From Carcharhinus amblyrhynchos (lineage: Eukaryota): a stretch of 64,000 bases of DNA. The notes below the pieces were generated by a model, which ran no database searches, was not told the DNA's origin, and saw nothing but the letters and a program-made list of their open reading frames with translations. Made by a program: the position numbers and the translations under genes. The stretch lies in the NCBI GenBank assembly GCA_965287045.1, contig OZ336881.1, positions 73,470,001 through 73,534,000 of the forward strand, written 5' to 3'. Positions 51,797-64,000 of the stretch are shown in pieces; the first letter of the stretch is position 1; each line of letters starts with the position of its first letter.

Positions 51797-53118
51797 ATAT
51801 TCCTTTTGTACACGTTACTGTTAGGGCGGCACTTTGTCCCTGTTTACATCTTTCTGAGGTATTTTGTATTGTTCACTTTTTTAATTTGGGTGATTTAAGA
51901 ATGGAATTGCCTCATGTCAAACTTCTGACAGGATTGTTGGATGATTTTTTTTTTCAATGTGCTTTCTAGAAAATTCTTTAGGTGCTATTGTCCAGTCTTT
52001 GCATTGAAAGTGCAAAAGGAAGGATGAGCTTGCCTTTATATGGTGCCTTATTGCATCACCAGGGCATCCTCAAACTCAACAACCATAGGGTATTCCACCT
52101 TGATTTTGGCACACTATCATATAAACATAACAAGGAACCTTACTTCCTTCAGATGTTGAGTTGCCTTCTTTATGGTTGAGATTTTGATCCATTTTATTTC
52201 ATTTTGGGGCAATGTAGAATTCAAAGTCAAATATAATGGAAATTACAATGAAGTAACAAAGTAATCAAAAAGGTTGCATTTTAACTTGACTATCATGGCA
52301 GAGGGATGATGGAACCACTTGTGCTACCAGCCCTGCACTAGGGGGTGGAGGTGTGTGACATGGGGAAAAGAGGTTGCAAACTGCCACAACAACTTGCAAT
52401 AATACAACACCTTTAACCTAGCAAAATTCCTTAAATTGGCAGCAAACAAAGCTTTTCAATAAAAAGATGTGACAACTCAGAGCAAAGTTTGGCATTTTGG
52501 AGAGAAAGCTTCCTCTAAATGGTGGAGTTTTATTAAATCAACTGCTTTAATCCATTATCCTAACCAATTGCGACAGCTGCGTTCTGCAGAAAGCAAGAGC
52601 TGAATTTTGCTTTCACCTCAGCAGTCGGTTTTCTCATGAATGTTTCTGGAGTCTTCACGTCCAATCATTAGAAGCAATAATAGGTGTGTTACTTTAGTGC
52701 AATCCACAGATGTGTCCTGTAAAGGATTACTATTATTTTCTTTCTGAACTCACGGGTATTTTTAGCCGGTCTCTGGGGAGAGTTGGATGTCAGGTTAAAC
52801 AAATTGCTGTTAAAATGATAATCTCAAACTGCTCTGCTGTCTTAAAGGAAATCCTATTATCACCTCATTTTGCTTAGGCAAATACTTGATCTAATTGGCA
52901 TGTGCTTGGACCATAAAAATTAAGTAGCTCTTATACGTAAGCACCTTAATCACACCAAAAGGTTGTGGCTATTGCTAATCAAGTAAATGTAGCAGCTATT
53001 TCTGTGGTATCGATGTCTACAGCAGCAAGGCTGTGATATGGGTAGAGGGAGAAATGATGGCCAGGGCAGGATGGAATTGCTTCAGATGTGGTTTCTTCAG
53101 AGTCACTGGTGTCAAATG

Positions 53119-53420
53119 TTTAAGTTTTAATTTTATTTACTAGTATCACAAGTAGGCTTACATTAACACTGTAATGAAGTTACTGTGAAAGTCCTCTAGT
53201 CATCACACTCTGGTCCCTGTTCGGGTACACCAAGGGAGAATTTAGCTTGGCCCAATGCCCCTAACCAGTAGGCCTTTCGGACTGTGGGAGGAAACAGGAA
53301 CACCCGGATGAAACCCACCCAGACGCAGGGAAAAGGTGAAAGCTTCGCACAGACAGTGACCCAAGACGGGAATAGAACCCAGGTCCCTGAAGCTGAGAGG
53401 CAGCAGTGCTAATCACTGTC
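53119..53420 (-). mobile_element. V-SINE, type-B tail
   Basis: Type-B tail, V-domain and head. Confidence 0.87.
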
Positions 53421-55500
53421 TATCGTATGCAGATCACGTATTATTGCAAACGTATTGATTGCATAAAAATTGGAATCTGTAGGATAGAGGTAGAACCAGG
53501 CACCCCATTTGTGGCCTGATACGATCCTGGACCAGACCCTCAAGTCTTTAGTATAATTCGTTTAGTGACCAATAACATTTTATTTGAAGTGGATGAAGTT
53601 TACTATTTAAGAAACTTGCTAAGAGAATAGACTCAAGATTCTATGATTTTTGAACAAAGTAAACTTTACCGTGCCAATTCAGAAAGATAACACAATTTAT
53701 AATAGTCAAACATTCAGGGTTAATATGAGGAAACATATATGAACAGGCAATCTTTTGTTTAACACCCTCATTACATATTAAATAGCAAATGAGACCAAGA
53801 CAGATCCCATGGATTTCTCTGTTGCTCATCTAGACAATGGTGAAAAGCGTGTGTCAACTAATTTTGTTGAAGCTCTGGATCTCTCATGAGGTATTTCAAT
53901 CTTCATCTTCGAAGATCTAATTTTGGAATTCTCTTCAAATGTTACTCGATTCAGAATGCCTCAATAATGACACACCTCACAGGGTTTTAATCTTACCTCC
54001 TGAGACTCCGTACCCCTGGATTCCTGCACAGCAGCATCATCTCATTGGTACAGTTTAGCACTTTGGCTGTGCCAAGCGGAACACTACTGGTCCAAAGGAG
54101 TACCTTTGCCCCAATGACCCGCAACACAGAATCACCAATCTACTGCTACCTTGTTCAAACTCCAAGGCTTTTCCAGAGCCCCCACTAGGTAAAACCTACC
54201 AACCATAGCATTCGTACTGTTTGGAGCTTCTTTTCTTGCTCCACCATATGGTGGTTCATACTAGTGATCTCTTTCTGGTAACACCTTTAGCTGGGACCTC
54301 TCCCTATCCCCTGCCTGTAACCCCTTTATGATCTCTCCCTGTCCGGCACCCCCTTTGGGACCCGTCCCCTGTCAGTGACTCTTCTCTGTTTACGGTATTC
54401 TGCTGCTGGCTCACCCAGCTGGAGTTCTTGCACTGTTTCCTTTTTATGCAAGCACACTGGACCCATCCTCAGCTCAAAGAATAACAAGATACTAGATTGC
54501 CCATACACCACCCACTGAAAAACTCAGACTGGATCTCGTAACTGGCCTCAACCTCTGCTTAGAGAAGCCATTAAAGAGGTGTGCTAAGTCAGTCACTTTC
54601 TTCGACATGGCAATTTCCTGTTGATTCATTCAGACTGGATATTTAAACGTACCATATGATGGCTAGTTTTGTAAAATGATGAGTCTTCCCCTGATTTTAC
54701 TTCAATACAATGGAATTCTCCGATGGACATTGCACTCCATATTTCTGGAATAGCTGGATTTGGATGACACTGAGTTTTGGATTCAGGGCTGCAGATACTG
54801 AAGATAGGAAATGGACTATTTGGAATTAATTTGAGGATAATTTATGAAGAAGCGACGGCTTAGATATGAAGCATTAACTAAATTTGACTGTGACAGTTGA
54901 GGGTGGTTTACTGAGACAGTTTATACAGAGAGTATTGATCTCAATAGCTTGTGATAGTCGCACTTTGACCTCTAGCTGATGCATCAAGAAACTCTACCCT
55001 CGGTCCTTCTCTTGTTTTTCCTCTTCCATTTGAAGAATGTGACACCGAAACCTCACCAGCCCTTGGACCTTGTCCCTGAGCACTTGTTAATATACCCTTT
55101 GGAGGAGCTGGTCGCTTACCCAGTGTCAATCATCTATCCAAACCCATCTGACCAACAGATACAGGACGGGTAACCACAATGTCAGGATAGTTACTTCCTC
55201 CCGTTTGTCTCCTGACTCAAGGTTTTTCTTAAGTTTACATCATGCTGAGGGTCATTCCCTACTCTTTCTAAACACTTGCATAGATAAGGGTGTAGACAAA
55301 GCGCCAACCCATCAACTGAGGAATGTCAACATAGCAGCCTGAACCAAATTACCTTACCACTTCCGGCAACGGTTTATGAGTTGAGGTGTTTGGAAATTGC
55401 CTGTCCAGAAAGAGAATCGATGCTGTTGTGAGCTATTCTCATAAACATTTGATTCTGAAGGGACTTGATAGGATAGACTCTGAGACAGGGAGAGGTCTTG

Positions 55501-55903
55501 GGGACGGTGGGAAAGTGGTTAGGACTGCTGCCTAACCACAGTGCCAGGGACCTGGGTTGGATTCCTGGCCTCAGGTCACTGTTTGTGTGGAGTTTGCATG
55601 TTCTCCCTGAGTCTGCATGGGTTTCCTCCAGGTTCTCCAATTCCTCTCATAGTGCAAAGATGTGCGGGTTAGGTTGATTGGCTATGCTAAATGCCCCTTA
55701 ATGTCGTGCGGTGTGTAGGTTAGTAGTATTAGCGGGATAAATGTATGGGGCTGTGGTGATAGGTCCTAGGGTGGGATTGATGTCGGTGCAGATTTGATGG
55801 GCCGAATGGCCTCCTTCTGCACTGTGGGGCTTCAATGATTCAGTTAGTGCAGACTAATTAGGTCAAATGGCCTCCTTCTGCACCGTATGGATTCTATGAT
55901 TCT
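55501..55903 (+). mobile_element. HE1-type V-SINE with tandemly duplicated type-A tail
   Basis: GTGCAGA...GGCCTCCTTCTGCAC tail segment occurs twice (~55787-55842 and ~55847-55903). Confidence 0.85.
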
Positions 55904-57974
55904 ATACAATGCAGAAAATACTAGTTCATAAAAGATTCTGATTTTTGGTAGTTACAAGTGTAGATTGGGCAAATCTCTGGATATAGCAGCAATCTGCCAA
56001 TGTTTACTGATTCTCAGAAGATTCAGGCTTCCAAGCCCTTCAGTAATAGCAGTCTGGAGATTGAAAGAGTTCAACTTTAAAAAAAATCCTATTTAACGCT
56101 GCAAACATTTTCTGTACAAAAAAAATCAACTTTTCCATCCTACAGTAACAAACCAGAGAATGTTCATTAGGGTGACCCATGCAAAAATGTTTGTTTTCAA
56201 AACAGATTGCCCAACATGAACAAGTTCATGTGTGACGCACTCAGCCTATTAAAGGGGAGGTATCACAGCTGAGGGTCTGCTGCTTTATGTTTCTGGAATG
56301 TCTACCTTAGTGTTTAATAGTCATTCCAGGAATGAGATGGCTCAGATTTTCACCTGTGGCACATTTTCTCCCAGCAGGTCACATGCGGTAATTAGAATTG
56401 CAGAAATCCAGGGACTGTGTAGTTTTTTCTCTATGAAAACTTGGCCACTTCTTGCAACGGTTGAATGTAGCCTGGTTCTGTCTCTACCTCCGTGTGTGGG
56501 GAAGGTGGAGAAGAAATGTAAATGCACTACCACTCGCCTGGTTAAACCCAGATTCCATTCCACAATCAACTAATTTCTTGTCTCACTATTCTCCTGTGGA
56601 CACACCTCAACGGAAGCTGTTTTAACGTTAAAAAAAGGTAAGAAATGCCATAAATCACAATGGTGGACACTGAGGAAGAAGAATGAAGGACTGAGGGTTT
56701 ATCCCAGATCTCAAAGTACGTAATCTAGGTTGACACGACAACGTACTACTGAGGGAATGCTACATTGTCTGATGTGCAACCTTTCTGATGGGACATTAAA
56801 ATAAAATCCTCTCTGATTTGGAGTTCTTGAAGGTTTCCATGACACACATGTAAATATAGCCCACTCCCGCTCCAAGTTCATATATTCTCAACAAAAGAGA
56901 AAATGGCATTTCTTCCGGATTTATTCTTTCCATTGCCATCGTTGTCACTGGCAGTTTCTCATGTTGAGCATAATCGTAGAATCCCTACAATGCAGGAGGA
57001 CGTTCGGCCCACTGAGTCTGCACCAACCACAATCTCACCTAGGCCCTATCCCCATAACCCCATGCATTTATCCTAGCTAATCCAGTGACACTAAAGGGCA
57101 AGTTAGCATGGCCAATCCATCTAGCCTGCACATCTTTGAACTGTGCGAGGAAACTGGAGCACGCAGATAAAACCTCAGTCTTAGAACTGAGGTGTAGATA
57201 TGTAACGCCTTGGCCGGAATTCTCCAGCTGTTCACGCCCTGCAGCCACCAGCAAGAATGGAGAATTTGGCACTGGGTCAAATCTCCAATTCACTGTGAGT
57301 CCTGGCTGTGTGTGAGGTCAGAGAATCTGCCCTCTGTTTACTTTCTGGTGTAAAAAGGCAGTGCCCAGCAAGGATGCACGGACAAGTGGATTAATGGCAA
57401 GAGTATGCGCTGGGACATTTGGAGCCAGGAGGTCATGTGATGCAATCTCCAGGAATATGTCCAACTAGTGTTGGCAACCGGATTCCAAAGAACAATAGGA
57501 CTGACTGACTAGTGCCATCCCATTGCCCCTTAATTTGTCTGCATTTGTGTGAGTGTGCCATGTGACAGACTGGCAACCCATCCTGTTAGTAGCCTGCCTA
57601 AAACTCAGTGTCTGTTGGGATAGGCTCTGCCTCCCTGTGACCTGAATTTGAGGACGTGTTTAAGTGAAGTGAAGGTTTCCTGTACCAAAGGATTCATTCC
57701 TATCTGGGGGAATGAATGACTGCAAAGACTTCAGCACAAGTGTCTCTGTTAACATTCCAATGGGGTACTGAGAGAGTGCTGTACCATCAGACGTGCCATT
57801 TTCTGAATGCGGTCCTGTCTAGTGGGTACGGAAGTTCCCTATCATGCTTAAAAGAAGAGTAGCTAAGTTATCTTTAGTGTCCTGGCCCATATTCATCCCT
57901 CAATCAATATCACTAAAACAAATTGGGATCTTGTTCTGTACAAATTAATTGCCAGGTTTTTCTAAGTTGCAATA

Positions 57975-58478
57975 TAGAAGGTAGAAGCAGGAGGAGGCCA
58001 TACTGCCCTTCGAGCTGCCACCATTCATCACAATTGTGGCTGATCATCCAAGTCAATAGCCCAATCTTTCTTTCTCCCCCTAACCTTTGATCCCATTTGC
58101 CTCAAGTGCTATATCCAGCTGCCTCTTGAATACGTTCAATGTTTTGACATCAATTACTTCCTGTGGTAATGAATTCCACAAGCTCACCACTCTTTGGGTG
58201 AAGAAATGTCTCCTCATCTCTGTTGTAAATGGTCTACCCCAAATCTTCAGACTGTGATTCCTAATTTTGGACTCACCCACTATTGAGAATAGCCTCCCTG
58301 CATCTACCCTGTCTAGTAGAATTATATAAGTCTCTAGGAGATTCCCCCTCATTCATCTGAACTGCAGCGAAAACAATCCTAACTAATGGAATCTCTCCAC
58401 ATACATAAGTCCCGCCATCCCCGGAATCAGCCTGGTAAACCTTCGCTGCACTCCCTCAAAAGCAAGAATATCTTTCCT
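57975..58478 (-). mobile_element. CR1 LINE 3' end
   Basis: MRGNLLETY...DRVDAGRLF...RRHFFTQRVVSLWNSLP. Confidence 0.9.
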
Positions 58479-59111
58479 CTATTCAAAAAAAAACATCAGT
58501 TGTGAACCTGGGATAGGTGCTGGGTTAGTGCAAGATCTTTTCATCACCAAGGTGGGCCTGGTTTTGTTAATAAACGTAAAAGATTTCTGTGAGGAAGGTA
58601 CAATGTAGATCTCAAATGTCTAAGATGAGATGTCTTCACTTGTAACGTGCAAGCTCACATCTGCCCAACTTTTCACTGTGTTCACTCATCTTCTCCAATT
58701 GGCGGAATATTTGAGTTTGTAGGGTGTGGTTTGTGATTCCTATGTTTTATACAGGAGAGTACAAAGAGGTTTTCTTACTAGCCATCCCCTTCCCCTTCCC
58801 CCATCGCCTTGGATCTTGCTATTTCAAATAAACTGAACTGGTAAAACCAGTTATTTTTCTGCACAAGATGACGGATGGAAACTCTCACCTTCCCACTTTC
58901 TCTTAATGTTAGAACACAGGGTCAGATACTCAACAAAACACAATGAACCTTGTGTACTGCAGCCCAGGAAAAGTCAGCGCCTGTGTTTTAGGATTGATTG
59001 ATGTTGTTATTCTTTGATAATGATTAGATTAATGTTGCAGAGTGCAGTTCTTTCAGTTAATTTGAGCCTTCCTTATTCATTTTGGTCTAAATTCTCTTCA
59101 GTTTGTTTAAT

Positions 59112-59375
59112 TATTAGTGTCACAAGTAGCTTACATTAACACTACCACAATCCGACACCTGTTCGGATACATTGAGGGAGAATTTAGTATGGCCAATGCA
59201 CCTAACCAGCACGTCTTTTAGTCTGTGAGAGGAAACTGGAGCACCCAGAGGAAACCCACGCAGATGTGGGGAGAACATGCAGAATAGGCAGAGACAGTGA
59301 CCTGAGGCAGGAATTGAACTTGAGTCCCTGGTGCTGTGAGGCAGCAGTACTAACCACTGTGCCATCATGCTGCCC
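59112..59375 (-). mobile_element. V-SINE, type-B tail (partly deleted)
   Basis: Head, V-domain and partial type-B tail. Confidence 0.82.
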
Positions 59376-59924
59376 AGTTGACCTCATAATCAGTCTTATA
59401 AGCAGCTCTTCATTCTCATACCATTCCTGCCAACCACCGATAAGCTTTGTTAATCCAGAATCTATCGAGTTCGGCCTTAAAAATATTCGAGGACCCTGCT
59501 CCAACTGTCTTTTGAGAAAGAGAGAAAATGGTCTGTAGTGTGCTCGAAGGGGATTCTGGCTTCAAGCACACAAATGATCTGGAAATGAATATCTGTTACT
59601 CTTTGATAATTATGTAATAACTGTGCCAGCTGTTAATCTGCTGTGACGAAGCAGGATTCAGCTGGCTGTACAGTGGGTGAAAGCTGTTCCCAGGCTGAAG
59701 TGCTTCCAGGTCAACCTCCAGGTCAGTCTCCAATGGTAACTCCCGTCGAACCAGATGGAGATTCTCCAAGATATACACAATGAACACCACTGTGAGGAGA
59801 GAATGGAAATGATGATCCCTTGCGTCCAAAATACATTACAAAATTTTAGTCTTCTGTCGAGGGAAATGTCTTAATCTTTTGATTTGTAAAGATGACTTAA
59901 GCGGGAAAACACTTTGTGTAGAAC

Positions 59925-60735
59925 CATAAACAGAAAAAGATGGAAAATCTCCGCATGTCTGACAGCATCTGTGGGAGAGCCAACGTTTTGAGACTGGATG
60001 ATCCTACGTCAGAGCTAAGAGCAAAGAGAATCAACAGGGCTTTCTACTCTGAGGGTGGGGAGGGGGCTGGAATGGGACAAAGGGAATGTAGAGAGGACAC
60101 AGAAGGCTGAGAAGGTGTTTAAAAATGTGCATTTGAAGTGCTCAGAATGCTAGAATGGCAGGTAGTTAAAGGACTGCCTAAGGAATGTGGCACTTGCCCT
60201 GAAAGCAGGGGGGTGGGGGGGGGGGGGGATGTGTGTGCAAGAAGGAGAGCTGGTATGGAAAGTGGAAAGATGAAGGTGAGAAAGAAGGATGATAAAATAG
60301 ATGAATAGAATGAAATAAAATAAATGGAAATAGGGTGAATGTGGAGGGGAGGGTTTATGCTCTGAAGTTGTTGAACTCAATGTTCAACCCATAAGACCAT
60401 AAGGTTTAGGAGCAGAATTAGGCCACTCGGCCCATTGAGTCTGCTCCGCCATTCAGTCATGGCTGACATTTTTCTCATCCCCATTCTTCTGCCTTTTCCC
60501 CATAACACCTGACCCCCTTATTGATCAAGAACCTATCTATCTCTGTCTTAAAGACACTCAATGACCCTGCCTCCACAGCCTTCTGCGGCAAAGAGTTCCA
60601 CAGGTTCACCGCTCTTTGGCTGAAGAAACTCCTTTTCATCTCTGTTTTAAAGGATCGTCTCTTTAGTCTGGAAGTCCAGAAGGCTGTAAAGTGCCCAATC
60701 GGAAGATGAGGTGCTGTTCCTCCAGTTTGTATGGA
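59925..60735 (-). mobile_element. Penelope-like element 3' part (endonuclease C-terminus, UTR, decayed hammerhead), split by a CR1 3'-end insert (~60390-60672)
   Basis: KLEEQHLIFRLGTLQPSGL (60730-60673) | NIEFNNFRA* (stop 60355-60357); CTGACGT..AAAACGTT at 59975-60016. Confidence 0.85.
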
Positions 60736-61118
60736 AGCATTCCTTCTTCCAACAGCTTTCCCTCGATGTCAAGCGGAGGTTGTCAAACACTTTCATCCAC
60801 TGACCACATGTGTGAGTCGGAATATCCCCCACCCACCCACCCACTTTCACCTGACACTGCAAAAGAAATTCTTCATAATGAATGGAAATTTACGAAAATT
60901 ATAAATATTTGACTACTTTTTCAATACTAACTGCTATAAATGGATGTTTTTTTCATTCAATATCACAAGTAAATGATTAATTCCTGCCACAGCTTTTCAC
61001 ATCATAAATACAAATACTTCACAAGAGCACATTGAATTGAAAAGTTCCAATATGTTATAAATTTGTTACTGAAACTTTTTTCAGAATATCTATTTACTTT
61101 AAATCCATATTTATAGCA

Positions 61119-61380
61119 TCATAGAATTCCTGCAGTGCACAATGAGACCATTCGGCCCATCAAGTCTGCACTGACTCTCCGAGTCTGGGTACCTTACCCA
61201 GCCCTATCACTGTAACTCTATGTATTTACCCCGCTAATCCCCCTAACCTGTACATCTTTGGACTGTGGGAGGAAAGTGGAGCACCTGGAGGAAATCCACG
61301 CAGATAAGGGGAGACTGTACACAGACAAGCAAGAATTGAATCTGGGTCCCTGTGAGGCAGCAGTGCTAACCACTGTGCTA
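61119..61380 (-). mobile_element. HE1-type V-SINE, type-A tail
   Basis: Tail, V-domain and head. Confidence 0.85.
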
Positions 61381-61739
61381 CAACAGGAAAATAAATCTTG
61401 CTTAGAAAACTATATAGTTATTGTTGGGGCTCATGATCACTCAAGCTGCACCTACCGGAGCCAGTTTGGTTGAGTGACATTGTGTGCATGGTAGAGTGAA
61501 GGTTCTAACCTTCTGAAACCATTGTCGATTGTCGGAAAAACTCATCTGGTTCACTGTAGTCCTTTAGGGAAGGAAATCTGTCGTCCTTACCTGGTCTGGC
61601 TTACATGTGACTCCAGAGCCACAGCAATGTGACTGACTCTCAACCAAGAGCAGTTGAACAAGGCCAGTTCGGGATGGGCAATAAATGCTGGCCAGCCAGC
61701 GACGCCCATGTCCCATGAATTAAAAAAGGTTAAGTGACC

Positions 61740-62485
61740 AAAACCTGGGTAGGGTTTGGCTTTAAGCAATGTTTTAAAGGAGACAAAGTGAGGGGTGTAG
61801 CGAGGTCATTCTGGAGCTTAGGGGCCTTGACGACTGAAACATGGCCATCAATCCCGCAGTGATATCATAGAATCAGAAGAGACCCTTTGGCCCATCAGGT
61901 CTGCACCAACACATTAGAAACTGCACTGACAGAGTTCAGCAGACCCAACCTGCCAGAATGAGAGGGGCACCGATATCTGAGGGACTTGTGAGGCTGGAGG
62001 AGGTTACAGTGATAGGGAGGGAAGCAAGGCCATGGAGGGATTTGAGAATTTTAAAGTCAAGAAATTGCTTGATTGAGAGCCGGTGTAAGTCAGCAAGTAA
62101 AAAGTCTGACAACACCAGGTTTAAGTCCAACCGATTTATTTGATAGTAAACTTTACTATCAAATAAATCTGTTGGACTTAAACCTGGTGTTGTCAGACTT
62201 TTGACAGTGTTTACCCCAGTCCAACGCCAGCATATCCACATTAAGTCAGCAAGCACAGGGGTGCTGGAGGATCAGGATTTGATGTGGGTTAAGGCATACG
62301 CAGCAGAGCTTTGGCAGAGCTGCAGTTCAGGGAGGGTGGAAGGTGGGAGAGCAGTCATGAATGAAGGTCTCAGCCACAGATGAGCTGGGACAGGGGTGAG
62401 GTTGAGCAATGCTACAGGAGTGGAAATAGGCAGCCATAGTGACGATGGGGAAGTGAGGCCAGACGCTCAGCTAGGGGCCAAATAT
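61740..62485 (-). mobile_element. L2 LINE fragment with nested inserts
   Basis: LADLHRLSIKQFLDFKILKSLHGLA motif, split by the PLE palindrome. Confidence 0.8.
62098..62241. mobile_element. PLE family-1 foldback insertion with 12-bp target-site duplication
   Basis: 51-bp arms 62100-62150 / 62152-62202 with 1 mismatch; TAAGTCAGCAAG at 62086-62097 and 62242-62253. Confidence 0.9.
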
Positions 62486-62487
62486 TT

Positions 62488-62890
62488 TTGGATTTGACTT
62501 GATTTATTACTGTCACATGTATACAGTGAAAACTATTGTTTCTTCTGCACTTTACTGACAAAGCATACCATTCATAGAGCCTGTAGGGGAAAAGAAAAGG
62601 AAGGAGTGCAGAATGTAGTGTTTCAGTCATAGCCAGGGTGCAAGGTAGATCCATTCAAAAGTCTGATGGCAGCAGGAAAGAAACTGTTCTTGAGTCTGTT
62701 GGTACGTGTCCTCAGACTTACTCCCGATGGAAGAAGGTGGAAGAGAGTAGCTGGTATTTTACGACCTCGCTCGGGCAAGACTTATTAAATTCCGCCTGAG
62801 GCCAACAGAGAATTTGGTTCTGCGAGCCTGGCCCACCCCGACAGTAAAATTCCAGCCAGTCTGTCCAGGGTGTGCGCGCTCCTTGATTAT
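62488..62890 (-). mobile_element. Rex1/Babar 3' end with a MITE-like insert (~62750-62858)
   Basis: Same 3' UTR and tail as other Rex1 copies. Confidence 0.8.
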
Positions 62891-63159
62891 GCTTGAAATT
62901 GAAATGAGTGGTTGAAATGTTGACACGAGACCAAGCCCGAGCTCAATCTCAGACTGTTGCTGGGGAGAGAGATGGAGTTGGCAGGCCAGGGAATGGCGTG
63001 GGGACCAAAAATAATTCTTTTGTCTTCCCAATATTTAATTGGAGGAAATTTCAGCTCATCCAGCTGGATGTCGGATAAGCAGCCTTGAATAATTAGCAAC
63101 AGTGAAGGAATGGAGAGTTGTGGTGATGGGCTGGTAGTGCTGTCAGAATATATGTGAAA

Positions 63160-63438
63160 AGTTAAAGTTTATTTATTACTGTCGTAAATAGGCTTACATT
63201 AACACTGCAGTGAAGTTGCTGTGAAAATCCTCTAGTCGCCACACTCCTTTCAGGTCAATGCACCTAACCAGCACGTTTTTCAGACTGTGGGAGGAAACTG
63301 GGGCAGCTGGAAGAAACCCATGCAGACACAGGGAGAATGTGCAGATTCTGCACAGACAGTGACACAAGCTGGGAATCAAATCCTGGTCCCTGGTGCTGTG
63401 AGGCAGCAATACTAACCACAGTGCCATTCTGCTGCCCT
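63160..63438 (-). mobile_element. V-SINE, type-B tail
   Basis: Type-B tail, V-domain and head. Confidence 0.87.
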
Positions 63439-64000
63439 AAAACTAACATAAAAAACTAATGCTATGCCTCGGAATGGTGTCACTCAGGAGTGGCGTTGGG
63501 GGAGTGGCGGGGGGGGTGCGGTGTGTGGTCGGTGGCGAGGAGAGATTGAAATGAGGAAACAAAAGCTGGAACCAGAGCTTTCAACATGGGCTGAATGAAA
63601 CCTTTCTGCTGAGAATGTGTTAACATCCTTTCTTCCACACCCACCCCTGCCCATCCCCACATTTCTGAAACTCTGGCGTTTTACACTTTGCTTTACAGAG
63701 ATTTTCTTACAAACTGCTGAAGCCCTCAGGTGGCCTATCTAATTTCAAAGGCTGTAATGGTGCTTATCCCACCAACTCACCAGCAGCTAGAGGCTGACAA
63801 CTCATGGTGTGCATTCTGATATGGCACTTGCTCACTGCTCAGCAAGCTTGTTCAGTATAACTATGGCCACTGCTCATCTTACAGTCCGAACGTGGCCAGT
63901 ATAGCAGCCTTATAATGGAGTTGATGGCACGGGGAAAGGTATAACCTTTTAGGAGCTGAACCAGCAACGAGGCGCTGAATCTTGATTGATTCAGAAGTTT

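Noticed and set aside
51695-51898. 67-aa ORF overlapping the TTC27 stop (ATGA)
   Set aside because: 3' UTR sequence crossing the poly(A) signal; no homology recognised
1-64000. CRISPR arrays, operons, prokaryotic promoters or rRNA
   Set aside because: Vertebrate intron-exon DNA; the repeats are dispersed retroelements, not regularly spaced arrays

Overview
Eukaryotic, repeat-dense genomic DNA, almost certainly from a cartilaginous fish (shark), inferred from abundant HE1/V-SINE-type elements. The only host gene is the 3' part of TTC27 (+ strand). Four coding exons (27104-27301, 34351-34462, 41543-41643, 51576-51698) splice in frame with GT-AG boundaries, followed by AATAAA at 51791. Positions 1-27103 are most likely one long intron (no further upstream exon was recognised) and about 51.9-64 kb is intergenic. 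The rest is a layered transposon graveyard: CR1, L2 and Rex1/Babar LINE fragments, two tail-types of V-SINE, Deu-domain-like SINEs, short MITE-like elements, a pogo transposase fossil and several Penelope-like (PLE) fragments. The most notable signal is a set of minimal hammerhead-ribozyme motifs (CUGANGA-stem II-GAAA-palindromic stem III-UH) from three PLE-type families. One has an intact core in the sense strand of the TTC27 intron (14970-14998), with a partner copy about 365 nt upstream that could supply a substrate strand. Most short ORFs in the track are repeat-derived noise. Repeat family names come from recalled motifs rather than database searches, and repeat boundaries are approximate.
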